A DNA stretch of 64,000 bases. It comes from an uncultured Pseudomonadota bacterium (GTDB lineage Bacteria; Pseudomonadota; Alphaproteobacteria; JACZXZ01). Positions 37,757 to 47,069 of this stretch are shown here, in pieces. The stretch is from the NCBI GenBank assembly GCA_963749075.1, contig CAVVLJ010000016.1:224001-288000 (forward strand). The letters are read 5' to 3'. A model generated the notes under the pieces. That model was given only the letters and a program-made list of their open reading frames with translations, had not been told where the DNA came from and ran no database searches. The stretch's first letter is position 1, and every line of letters begins with the position of its first letter. Position numbers and translations under genes: made by a program.

Positions 37757-38962
37757 ATGGCAAAGGGCAAGAAGAGCGTCGCGGACGCCTGGCGTCCTCA
37801 GACGCGGCTCGTGCGCGGCGGCACGGTCCGCTCCGGCCACGGCGAGACGAGCGAGGCGATCTTCCTCACCTCGGGATTCGTCTACGAGAGCGCCGAGGAG
37901 GCCGAGGCGCGATTTAAGGGCGAGGCGCCGGGCTTCATCTATTCGCGCTATGGCAATCCCACGGTCGCCATGTTCGAGAAGCGCATGGCGCTCCTCGAAG
38001 GGGCCGAGGCCTGTTTTGCCACGGCGACCGGCATGGCGGCGGTCTTCGCCTCGCTCATGTGCCAGCTCCGTGCCGGCCAGCGCGTGGTGGCGGCGCGCGC
38101 ACTCTTCGGCTCGTGCCACTTCATCATCACCCAGCTCCTGCCGCGCTGGGGTATTGAGACCGAGCTCGTCGACGGGCCCGACTTAGCACAGTGGCGGGCG
38201 GCGCTGGCACCGGGTGCTGCGGCGGTGTTCTTCGAGACGCCGGCCAATCCGACGCTCGAGCTCATCGACATCGCCGCGGTCGCCAAGCTCGCCCATGCCG
38301 CGGGTGCGGTGGTCATCGTCGACAACGTGTTCTCGACGCCGGTGCTGCAGCGCCCGCTGCCGCTCGGCGCCGACATCGTCGTCTATTCCGCGACCAAGCA
38401 CATCGACGGGCAGGGCAGGGCGCTCGGCGGCGCCATCCTCTCGAGCGACAAGTTCTACCGCGAGCAGCTCATGCCCTTCATGCGCCACACCGGGCCGGCC
38501 TTGAGCCCGTTCAACGCCTGGATCATGCTCAAGGGCCTCGAGACGCTGGGGCCGCGCGTCGAGCGCCACGCGCAGAACGCCCGCAAAGTGGCCGACTTCC
38601 TGGCCGGCGAGAAGGCCGTCGCCCGGGTGCTCTATCCCGGCCACAAGAGCCATCCGCAATACCGCCTGGCGCGGCGCCAGATGGCCGGGCCCGGCACCAT
38701 GGTGAGCTTCGAGCTCAAGGCCGGCAAGACGGGCGCCTTCCGCTTCCTCAATGCGCTCGAGGTCATCGACATCTCGAACAACCTGGGCGACGCCAAGTCG
38801 CTCGTCACCCATCCGGCGACCACGACGCACCGCGCCGTGGGTGCCGAGGAGCGCGCCCGCATGGGCATCGGGGACGGGCTGGTGCGCCTCTCGGTCGGGC
38901 TCGAGGACGCGGACGACTTGATCGACGACCTCGCGCGCGGCCTCAAGGCGGCGGGGCGCTGA
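37757..38962 (+). CDS. metZ: O-succinylhomoserine sulfhydrylase
   Basis: ETSEAIFLTSGF, YSRYGNPT, YSATKHIDGQGR, SNNLGDAKSL.HPATTTH. Confidence 0.95.
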   Translation: MAKGKKSVADAWRPQTRLVRGGTVRSGHGETSEAIFLTSGFVYESAEEAEARFKGEAPGFIYSRYGNPTVAMFEKRMALLEGAEACFATATGMAAVFASLMCQLRAGQRVVAARALFGSCHFIITQLLPRWGIETELVDGPDLAQWRAALAPGAAAVFFETPANPTLELIDIAAVAKLAHAAGAVVIVDNVFSTPVLQRPLPLGADIVVYSATKHIDGQGRALGGAILSSDKFYREQLMPFMRHTGPALSPFNAWIMLKGLETLGPRVERHAQNARKVADFLAGEKAVARVLYPGHKSHPQYRLARRQMAGPGTMVSFELKAGKTGAFRFLNALEVIDISNNLGDAKSLVTHPATTTHRAVGAEERARMGIGDGLVRLSVGLEDADDLIDDLARGLKAAGR

Positions 38963-38975
38963 GAGACGGTGCCAT

Positions 38976-39063
38976 CCCTCACCCGGCTCGCTTCGCTCGC
39001 CACCCTCTCCCGCTTGCGGGAGAGGGACGGGGCCCATCGCGCCAGCGATGGGAAGGGTGAGGG
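38976..39063. repeat. Variant REP element
   Basis: CCCTCACCC..CCCTCTCCCGCTTGCGGGAGAGGG..GGGGCCCATCGC-GCCA-GCGATGGGAAGGGTGAGGG; shares the inner hairpin of copies A/D. Confidence 0.8.
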
Positions 39064-39145
39064 ACCTCCGGCGGCGGAGGGATTGACCCGTCCCGGCCGG
39101 CGCATCAAGATTCGCCATCGGACGATGGAAGCGGCAGGACATGCC

Positions 39146-39337
39146 ATGATCGAGGTCATCATCGAGCGCTGGACCCAGCGCGACGGTCACACGGATTTCA
39201 TGTGGTCGATCTGGCACGACGGCAAGCGCGCGGCCATGAGCGACCCTCTCGACACCTCCGAGGCGGCCGAGGCGCAGGCGCTCGCCGTGTGCCGGAAGAG
39301 CTTCAAGCGCGAGCCGGACCGCATCACCAGGCTTTGA
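39146..39337 (+). CDS. Small hypothetical protein (63 aa)
   Basis: MIEVIIERWTQRDGHTDFMWSIWHDGKR..; host-like codon usage; fills an intergenic gap. Confidence 0.65.
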   Translation: MIEVIIERWTQRDGHTDFMWSIWHDGKRAAMSDPLDTSEAAEAQALAVCRKSFKREPDRITRL

Positions 39338-39376
39338 CCGGCCTGCCGGCACTCGCGCCCGCCGGCCGAGCCCGCC

Positions 39377-40003
39377 TCAACCGAGCGCGGGCACCGTCGC
39401 CTTGTAGCTCGCCCGCGCGGCCATCGCCTCGTTCCAGCGGGCGAGCGACTTGCAGTCCGGCAGCAGTTTCTGGCCCTCGGGAGTCATGCCGAGGTAGAAG
39501 ACGATGGGGGCCAAGAGCAGATCGGCGAGGCTCATGCTGTCGCCGGCGAGCCAGGGCGCGCGCGCGAGCGCCTCGTCGACGACGCCGAGCTCGAGGGCGA
39601 GCTCCGGCTCGGCCGACTTGACCAGCGACTCGTCGGTCGCGCGGTCGAAGAGCTTGGGCGCGAAGCGCTCGAGCACGATCTTGCCGATCATCGTCGGATA
39701 GAGATAGCAGTTGATGGCGCTCAGCCACTGCGTCATGCGCGCGCGACCGGCCGGCGTCGCGGGCTGCAGCGCCGGGCCGGGAAAGGCCTCGTCGATGTAG
39801 CGCATGATCGCCTCCGTCTCGTAGATCACCACATCGCCGTGGCGCAACGCCGGCACCTTGCGGAAGGGGTGCAGCGTGCGATAGGCCTCGCTCTTCGCAT
39901 CGGCGGCCTCGAGCTTGTAGGCGACCCCCTTCTCCTCGCACGCCATGCGCGCGCTGCGCACGTAGGTGCTCTGCGGAAAGCCGTAAAGCGCGAGCTCGCT
40001 CAT
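39377..40003 (-). CDS. Glutathione S-transferase family protein
   Basis: YGFPQSTYVR, LHPFRKVPAL.HGD..YET.AI.RY, WLAGD.SLADL. Confidence 0.92.
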   Translation of the reverse strand: MSELALYGFPQSTYVRSARMACEEKGVAYKLEAADAKSEAYRTLHPFRKVPALRHGDVVIYETEAIMRYIDEAFPGPALQPATPAGRARMTQWLSAINCYLYPTMIGKIVLERFAPKLFDRATDESLVKSAEPELALELGVVDEALARAPWLAGDSMSLADLLLAPIVFYLGMTPEGQKLLPDCKSLARWNEAMAARASYKATVPALG

Positions 40004-40617
40004 GGCATCTCGAACCTTTCGTTGCTCACGGTGGCGCCGACGCGGTTGACGAGGAACGGCACGAGGGATTGGGTCGCGGCGAAGGAGCCGGGACGGCGCA
40101 GCTCGCCGCTCGCCGTACCCTGCCAGACGCGCCGCGCGGCGTGCTGGTCCGAGAGCATCATCGAGAGGTGGACGCGGCGCGGCTCCTCCGCGGCGGCCTG
40201 GTTCGTTCCGCCCGAGCTCGCCTCGTTGCCGAAGAGGTTCTGGTTGAGGCCGCTCAGGACCCCCATGCTCTGCGCCTGGTCGCCGCCCGGCACGGCGCTC
40301 TGCGTCGCTCTCGCGCCGTTCGAGCGGTCGCGGCCCGAGCTTCCGATGACCTCGGTGGCGTAGAACTCGAGGACGTACGGGCCGTCGTCGACGACCTGGT
40401 AGCCGCGCTCGCGCAGCGCGGTTGTAATGGCGGCCTTGAGGCGCTGATACTGGTCCGAGTCGTCCGCTGCCTCGATGGTGATGGCCGCACCGGGAGGGAT
40501 CGCCTGGTAGGAGTGCGCGGTCAGCAAGCCCGAGGCGGCCGGGGGCTCCGTCTGTGCCTTGGCTTGCGGCGCAGCCGCGATCAGCAAGGCGACCGCCAGC
40601 ACGTGGAGCTTCCCCAT
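40000..40617 (-). CDS. Exported hypothetical protein (DUF4136-like)
   Basis: Signal peptide, ALRERGYQV, VWQGTASG; 4-nt overlap with GST. Confidence 0.65.
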   Translation of the reverse strand: MGKLHVLAVALLIAAAPQAKAQTEPPAASGLLTAHSYQAIPPGAAITIEAADDSDQYQRLKAAITTALRERGYQVVDDGPYVLEFYATEVIGSSGRDRSNGARATQSAVPGGDQAQSMGVLSGLNQNLFGNEASSGGTNQAAAEEPRRVHLSMMLSDQHAARRVWQGTASGELRRPGSFAATQSLVPFLVNRVGATVSNERFEMP

Positions 40618-40755
40618 CCTCGTCCTCCTCGAGACCGCCGCCGCCTTGCCGCGGCGCGCGGACGCCCCCGGAGAGTCATAGAGTAATGAAAGAGCGAGCG
40701 GGGCGCCACCGTCATCCGCTGCGTCGTCCCTCGCCTCGCTGCCGCCGGCACGGAC

Positions 40756-41511
40756 TCACGCCTGGGAGGTGGGCAGCAGAACGAGCTGGGCGACCACGAC
40801 GTGGGGCGGCTGATCGAGCGCGAAGAGAATCGCGCGCACCACGTCGTCGGTGCCGAGGAGCGTCTTGAAGGAGGCATAGAAGGCGTCCGCGGCCTCCTTG
40901 TCGCCGCGCCAGCGCGCTTCGGCGAAGCCGCTCCGCGCCGTGCCGGGCATGATCTCGCTCACGCGCAGCGCCGTCTCCCTGAGCTCGGCGCGCAGCGCAT
41001 CGCTCAGCATATGCACGGCCGCCTTGCTGGCGTTGTAGGCGGCGATCCCCGCCACCGGCCGCAAGGCCGCGATCGAGCCCAGATTGACGATGTGTCCGCG
41101 CCCGCGCGCGATCATGCCCGGCAGCACCGCCCGCGTCACGCGCATGAGGCCGCTCACGTTGGTCTCGATGGTGGCCGCCCAATCGGCAATGGCGCCCTCC
41201 GCGAAGCGGCGGCGGCCGCCCACGTCGGAGCCCGCGTTGTTGACGAGGATGTCGATCGCCCGCCACGCCTCCGGCAGCGCCTCGATGAGGCCGCCCGTCG
41301 CCTCGGCGTCCGTCACGTCGAGTGCCAGGGGAAGGACGCGCTCGCCGTAGCGCTCGGCGAGGCCTGCGACACGCTCGCGCTTGCGCGCGGTCGCGATCAC
41401 GCGGGCGCCGCGCGCGACGAGCGCGTGGGCCAACGCCTCACCGATGCCGCTCGACGCCCCGGTCACGAGCGCCCTGCAGCCCGCGCGGAGGATGGATTGG
41501 CCGTCGCTCAT
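40756..41511 (-). CDS. SDR oxidoreductase (YdfG-like)
   Basis: TGASSGIG, ILVNNAG, YNASK. Confidence 0.92.
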   Translation of the reverse strand: MSDGQSILRAGCRALVTGASSGIGEALAHALVARGARVIATARKRERVAGLAERYGERVLPLALDVTDAEATGGLIEALPEAWRAIDILVNNAGSDVGGRRRFAEGAIADWAATIETNVSGLMRVTRAVLPGMIARGRGHIVNLGSIAALRPVAGIAAYNASKAAVHMLSDALRAELRETALRVSEIMPGTARSGFAEARWRGDKEAADAFYASFKTLLGTDDVVRAILFALDQPPHVVVAQLVLLPTSQA

Positions 41512-41654
41512 GGCAGGCTCTCCAGCACGGCGCGGCCGCCTCGCGCGACTATGGCTCGACCTTGGGGACCGGCGTTGCGGAGCGGCGCATGGACATCCGC
41601 CGGGGCGTGCCCCATGATCGCCTCCCCCTCTCACGGGGCAGGAGACCGCCGATC

Positions 41655-42440
41655 ATGGCGTATGAGACACTGCTGGTCGAGACCGATGCGCGCGGCGTGG
41701 CGCGGCTCACCCTCAACCGGCCCGAGGCGCATAACGCGCTCTCCGAACAGATGCTGGCGGAGCTGCCGCAGGCGGTGCAGGCTCTCGATGGGGACCCCGC
41801 CGTGCGGGTCGTGGTGCTGAGCGGTGCCGGGGAAAGCTTCTCGGCGGGCGGCGATCTGCGCTGGATGCAGGAGGCGATCGGGCTCGACCGGGCCGGACGC
41901 ATCGCCGCCTCGGGCAGGGTCGCGGCGGTCCTCGCAGCGCTCGACGGCCTCTCCAAGCCCCTCGTCGGCCGCATCAATGGCGCCGCCTACGGCGGCGCCG
42001 TCGGGCTCGTCGCGGTGTGCGATGTGGCGATCGCCGCGCGGAGCGCGCGCTTCGGGCTCACCGAGGTGCGCCTCGGCCTCATCCCGGCCAATATCGGGCC
42101 TTACGTCGCCAAGCGTCTCGGGCCGGCCAAGGCGCGCGAGATCTTCTTCAACGGCAAGCTGTTCGATGCCGAGGGGGCGGCAAGGCTCGGCCTCGTCTCG
42201 CAGGTCGTCGACGAAGGCGAGCTCGATGCCGCGGTCGCGCGCGAGGTGCTGCTCTTTCTCAATTGCGGACCGCGGGCGGTCGCCGCGGCGAAAGCGCTCC
42301 TCCGCCATATCGAGCGGCATGGCGCTTCCGAGAGCATCGACCATGCGATCGCGCGCCTGGCGGACGCCTGGGAGGACGCGGAGAGCCGCGAGGGCATCGC
42401 CGCCTTCTTCGCGAAGCGCAAGCCCGCCTGGGCTCCCTGA
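41655..42440 (+). CDS. Enoyl-CoA hydratase (methylglutaconyl-CoA hydratase-like)
   Basis: LTLNRPEAHNAL, FSAGGDLRWM, AYGGAVGL, FGLTEVRLGLIPA. Confidence 0.9.
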   Translation: MAYETLLVETDARGVARLTLNRPEAHNALSEQMLAELPQAVQALDGDPAVRVVVLSGAGESFSAGGDLRWMQEAIGLDRAGRIAASGRVAAVLAALDGLSKPLVGRINGAAYGGAVGLVAVCDVAIAARSARFGLTEVRLGLIPANIGPYVAKRLGPAKAREIFFNGKLFDAEGAARLGLVSQVVDEGELDAAVAREVLLFLNCGPRAVAAAKALLRHIERHGASESIDHAIARLADAWEDAESREGIAAFFAKRKPAWAP

Positions 42441-42606
42441 ACCTGGTGTCGTCTCGCCCCTCGCCGCCCTCGGTCAGCACGCGAAGCCCTTGCCAGGCTC
42501 AGCGGAACGAGGTTCCGAGCTTGGCTTTCCCATTGTGATTATTGTATGATCTGCGCCACGCTTCGTGTCGTGCCGCGGGGAGGGCGGGGAGCGGGAGGGG
42601 GGAATA

Positions 42607-43998
42607 ATGAAGAGACGGGTCGTCGGGAACGCAATCGCCGTGCTCGCCCTCATGCTGGCGCCGGGGCTCGCCGAGCGCGCCTTTGCCGCCGGCTTCCAGC
42701 TCTTCGACCAGAGTCCGAGCGGGGAGGGCGACGCCTTTGCCGGTGCCGCCGCGGTGGCGGAGGACGCCTCGACCATCTTCGCCAATCCCGCGGGCTTGAC
42801 CTACCTGAACGGCTACCAGACGCAGGCGGGCGTCAACGTCATCATACCGGACGGCACCTTCAGCCCGAGCACCGCCAAGACCGCGCCGAGCCCGTTCGCC
42901 GGCCTCGCACCGACGGCACTGACCGGCCAGGCTAACGCCGACTTCGGCGAGACCGTAGCAGCGCCGCACGTCTATGTCGCCGCTCCCTTGAGTTTCGTCG
43001 CGGACGGCCTGTGGGCCGGCCTCGGGATCACGGCACCCTTCGGCCTGGTCACGGACTACGGCAGCAACACCTGGATCGGCCGCTATTACGCCGAGCGCAC
43101 CGAGCTCACCACCATCGCTGCGACCCCCTCGCTCGCCTACAAGCTCGCCAATTGGCTCTCGCTCGGGGCCGGCGTCGACATCATGTATGGCAGCGCCAAC
43201 CTGACGCAGGCGGTGGACTTCGGCTCCATTTGCACCAACGCCGCCGGCGCCGGGACCTGCGGCCTCTTCGGCCTTTCGCCCCAGGCCAATGACGGTCAGG
43301 TGAAGTTCACCGGCGACGATACGACGGTCGGCTGGAACGTCGGTGCGATGCTGCAGCCGCTCGATCAGCTGCGCATCGGCCTGGCCTACCGCTCGGGTTA
43401 CGATGTGAGGCTCAAAGGGACGGCGGATTTCTCGGTGCCGGCAGCCTACCGCGCGCTGCAGGGTGCGGTGCCCGCCTTCGCCGGCAACTTCATCAACACG
43501 AGCGCTTCGGCGAAGCTGCCCTTGCCCGCCACCGCGAGCTTCTCGGTGGCCGAGCAGGCGACGCCCAAATGGACGGTCCTCGCCGACGTGAGCTGGACCC
43601 AGTGGAGCCGCTTTCAGAACTTCACCATCACCTTCGCCAACCCGGCCCAGCCGGCGCAGGTGACCACCGAGAACTGGCACGATACGGTTCGCGAGTCCCT
43701 GGGCGCCATCTTCGCGGCGAGCGACAGGGCCAAGCTGCGCTTCGGCATCGCCTGGGATCCGACGCCGGTGAGCACCGCCAACCGCACGCTCAACATCCCC
43801 GACGACAGCCGCATCTGGACCTCGATCGGCTACAACATCCGCCTGATCGACAACCTGTCGTTGGATGCCGCGTACAGCCACCTCTGGGTACCCGGCAATT
43901 CCAAGATCAACCTGAGCACCGCCAACCAAGGCACGATCACCGGCACCTTCGCCTCCTCGGTCGACATCGTGACCATCGGGCTCAAGTACACCTTCTAG
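42607..43998 (+). CDS. fadL: OmpP1/FadL long-chain fatty acid outer-membrane transporter
   Basis: Signal peptide then AGFQL, AEDASTIFANPAG, TAPFGL.TDY, IPDDSR.W, terminal YTF. Confidence 0.9.
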   Translation: MKRRVVGNAIAVLALMLAPGLAERAFAAGFQLFDQSPSGEGDAFAGAAAVAEDASTIFANPAGLTYLNGYQTQAGVNVIIPDGTFSPSTAKTAPSPFAGLAPTALTGQANADFGETVAAPHVYVAAPLSFVADGLWAGLGITAPFGLVTDYGSNTWIGRYYAERTELTTIAATPSLAYKLANWLSLGAGVDIMYGSANLTQAVDFGSICTNAAGAGTCGLFGLSPQANDGQVKFTGDDTTVGWNVGAMLQPLDQLRIGLAYRSGYDVRLKGTADFSVPAAYRALQGAVPAFAGNFINTSASAKLPLPATASFSVAEQATPKWTVLADVSWTQWSRFQNFTITFANPAQPAQVTTENWHDTVRESLGAIFAASDRAKLRFGIAWDPTPVSTANRTLNIPDDSRIWTSIGYNIRLIDNLSLDAAYSHLWVPGNSKINLSTANQGTITGTFASSVDIVTIGLKYTF

Positions 43999-44171
43999 GT
44001 ATCCTGAGCGCTTCCCGCGGGGGGCGAGGAGCGGCCCGACGTGCCGCCGTTCGCGGGGCCGCGGCGCCTGTCGCCGCCGACACTGCGCCGGCCGGCGTGC
44101 GCGCGGGCTCATTGACGCTATCGCCACCGGCGATTAGGCTCGGGTCGCGTTTTCGATGAACGGGAGCCGCA

Positions 44172-45872
44172 ATGACCGGCGAGGCTGAAAGGGTCAACGA
44201 GCGGCCCTGGGCGAAGTCCTATCCGCCGGGCGTCCCTCTTGCGCTCAGCATACCCGAGAAGTCGTTTGCGCTGCTGCTCGAGGAGGCGGCGGCGGAGTTT
44301 GCCCCGCGCCCAGCACTCGATTTCCTCGACCGCCGCATGAGCTATCGCGAGCTCGCGGATATCGTGAGGCGCGCCGCCGCGGGCTTTCAGGCGCTCGGCG
44401 TGGCGCCCGGGGTCAAGGTCGGCCTCATGCTGCCCAATTGCCCCTATTACGTCATCTGCTATTTCGCCGTGCTCAAGGCCGGCGGCACGGTCGTCAATTA
44501 CAACCCGCTCTACGTGGCGCGCGAGATCGTCCATCAGATCGACGATTCCGAGACCGCGATCATGGTGACGCTCGATCTCAAGCAGCTCTACGACAAGGTG
44601 GCGCTGGCGCTGAGCCAGTCGAGCCTCGAGCACATCGTGGTCGGGCGCATGGCCGGGCTGCTGCCGTTCCCGAAGAACCTGCTCTTCCCGATCGTGCGGC
44701 GGGGCGAGCTCGCCCGCGTGCCGAGCGACGAGCGCCACGTGGCGTTCGAGCGGCTCGTCGCCAACGAGGGCCGCGTGCGCGAGGTGACCATCGATCCGCG
44801 GCGCGACATCGCCGTGCTGCAATATACCGGCGGCACCACCGGCACGCCGAAGGGCGCTTCTCTCACGCATCGCAATCTGTGGGCGAACCTGCTGCAGATC
44901 GAGCATTGGTTCCCCGAGGTCGAGCGCGGCAGGGAGCGCACCTTGTGCGTGCTGCCCTTCTTCCACGTCTTCGCCATGACCGCGGTGATGAACTACGCGA
45001 TCCGAAGCGGCGGGCTCATGATCCTCTTGCCGCGCTTCGAGCTCGCCCAGGTGCTGAAGACCATCGCGCGGAAGCGCCCGACCCTCTTCCCCGGCGTGCC
45101 CACCATCTACACGGCGATCAACAACGCGCCCGATCTCGCCAAGTACGACCTCTCCTCGATCAAGCTCTGCATCTCGGGCGCCGCCACGCTGCCGCTCGAG
45201 GTCAAGCGCCAGTTCGAGGCGCACACCGGATGCAAGCTCGTCGAGGGCTATGGGCTGAGCGAGGCCTCGCCCGTCGTCTGCTGCAACCCGATCAACGGGA
45301 TCAACAAGCCGGGCTCGATCGGCCTGCCGCTGCCGGACACCGACGTGCGCATCATGTCGCTCGAGGAAGAGCGCCGGCCGCTCGGCGCGGGCGAGCGCGG
45401 CGAGCTCTGGGTGCGCGGGCCGCAGGTGATGGCGGGCTACTGGCACCGGCCCGAGGAGACGGCGCTCACGCTGACCGACGGCTGGGTCCATACCGGCGAC
45501 GTGGGCTATATGGACGGGGACGGCTATTTCTTCATCGTCGACCGCCTCAAGGAGGTGATCGTCGCCGGCGGCTACAAGATCTACCCGCGCAACGTCGAGG
45601 AGGCGATCTATCAGAACCCCGCCGTCGCGGAGGCGGCGGTCGTCGGCACGCCCGACCGCTACCGCGGCCACACGGTCAAGGCCTTCGTCGTGCTGCACAA
45701 GGGAGCTGTGCTCGACCAGGAGAGCCTCTTGGCCTTCCTTGCCGACAAGCTCTCGCCGATCGAGATGCCGAAGCTCATCGAGTTCCGCACGGCATTGCCC
45801 AAGTCCGCGGTCGGCAAGATCCTCAAGAAGGCCCTGGTCGAGGACGCTCCGGCCGATGCCGGACAGCATTGA
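44172..45872 (+). CDS. fadD: Long-chain fatty acid-CoA ligase
   Basis: LQYTGGTTGTPKG, EGYGLSEASP, RGPQVM.GYW, HTGD, LPKSAVGKIL. Confidence 0.92.
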   Translation: MTGEAERVNERPWAKSYPPGVPLALSIPEKSFALLLEEAAAEFAPRPALDFLDRRMSYRELADIVRRAAAGFQALGVAPGVKVGLMLPNCPYYVICYFAVLKAGGTVVNYNPLYVAREIVHQIDDSETAIMVTLDLKQLYDKVALALSQSSLEHIVVGRMAGLLPFPKNLLFPIVRRGELARVPSDERHVAFERLVANEGRVREVTIDPRRDIAVLQYTGGTTGTPKGASLTHRNLWANLLQIEHWFPEVERGRERTLCVLPFFHVFAMTAVMNYAIRSGGLMILLPRFELAQVLKTIARKRPTLFPGVPTIYTAINNAPDLAKYDLSSIKLCISGAATLPLEVKRQFEAHTGCKLVEGYGLSEASPVVCCNPINGINKPGSIGLPLPDTDVRIMSLEEERRPLGAGERGELWVRGPQVMAGYWHRPEETALTLTDGWVHTGDVGYMDGDGYFFIVDRLKEVIVAGGYKIYPRNVEEAIYQNPAVAEAAVVGTPDRYRGHTVKAFVVLHKGAVLDQESLLAFLADKLSPIEMPKLIEFRTALPKSAVGKILKKALVEDAPADAGQH

Positions 45873-45929
45873 GAGGCATGCCGCGGCAAGGGTGCCGGCC
45901 CGCGTGCCCTGGAGGAAGGAGACGCTCTC

Positions 45930-47069
45930 ATGAAGAACGTGGTGATCGCGGGCTATGCCCGCTCGCCATTCCATCTCGCCAACCGGGGCGAGCTCAGGCG
46001 CGTGCGGCCGGACGAGATGGCGGCCCAGGTGGTGGCAGCACTCGTCGCGCGCACCAAGGTCGATCCCGCCGACATCGAGGACCTCATCGTCGGCTGCGCC
46101 ATGCCCGAAGGCGAGCAGGGGCTCAACGTGGCGCGCCTCATCGGCTTCCTCGCCCACCTGCCGATCGCGGTCGCGGGCACCACGGTCAACCGCTTCTGCG
46201 GCTCCTCGATGCAGGCGATCCACATGGCGGCGGGCGCCATCCAGCTCGGCGCCGGCGAGGCCTTCATCTGCGCCGGCGTCGAATCGATGACGCGCGTGCC
46301 CATGATGGGCTTCAATCCGCTGCCCCATCCCGGCCTCGCCAAGGACTATCCGCAGGCCTACATCTCGATGGGCATGACCGCCGAGAACGTCGCGCGCAAA
46401 TACCAGATCACGCGCGCCGAGCAGGACGCCTTTGCCGTCGAGAGCCAAAAGAAGGCCGCCGCCGCAGAAGCCGCCGGCAAGCTCGCGGACGAGATCGTCG
46501 CCATCAAGGCGGACGGCAAGACGGTCGACAAGGACGGCTGCATCCGCGCCGACACCAGCGCCGAGGGACTGGCGGCGCTCAAGCCCGCCTTCGACGAGCA
46601 CGGCTCGGTGACGGCGGGCACCTCCTCGCCCTTGACCGACGGCGCTGCCGCGACCCTCGTCTGCACCGAGGACTATGCCGCGAGGAAGGGGCTCGAGCCG
46701 ATCGCGCGCCTAAGAAGCGTGGCGGTCGCCGGCTGCGCGCCGGAGATCATGGGGATCGGGCCGGTGGCGGCGACCCGCAAGGCGCTCGCGCGCGCCGGCC
46801 TCGACATCAAGGACATCGACATCGTCGAGCTCAACGAGGCCTTCGCCTCCCAGTCGATCGCCTGCATGCGCGATCTCGGCATCGACGCGGCCAAGGTCAA
46901 CCTCGACGGCGGCGCCATCGCCCTCGGCCATCCGCTCGGCGCCACGGGTGCGCGCATCACCGGCAAGGCGGCGGCCCTCCTCAAGCGCGAGGGCAAGCGC
47001 TACGCGCTCGCGACGCAATGCATCGGCGGCGGCCAGGGCATCGCCAGCGTGCTGGAGGCCGTGTCGTGA
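45930..47069 (+). CDS. fadA: Acetyl-CoA C-acyltransferase (thiolase)
   Basis: NRFCGSS, ELNEAF, GAIALGHPLGATG, QCIGGGQG. Confidence 0.93.
   Translation: MKNVVIAGYARSPFHLANRGELRRVRPDEMAAQVVAALVARTKVDPADIEDLIVGCAMPEGEQGLNVARLIGFLAHLPIAVAGTTVNRFCGSSMQAIHMAAGAIQLGAGEAFICAGVESMTRVPMMGFNPLPHPGLAKDYPQAYISMGMTAENVARKYQITRAEQDAFAVESQKKAAAAEAAGKLADEIVAIKADGKTVDKDGCIRADTSAEGLAALKPAFDEHGSVTAGTSSPLTDGAAATLVCTEDYAARKGLEPIARLRSVAVAGCAPEIMGIGPVAATRKALARAGLDIKDIDIVELNEAFASQSIACMRDLGIDAAKVNLDGGAIALGHPLGATGARITGKAAALLKREGKRYALATQCIGGGQGIASVLEAVS

Noticed and set aside
44438-47065. 876-aa N-terminal extension of the 1652-aa ORF
   Set aside because: Alternate frame over fadD and thiolase; the real gene starts at GTG 47066.
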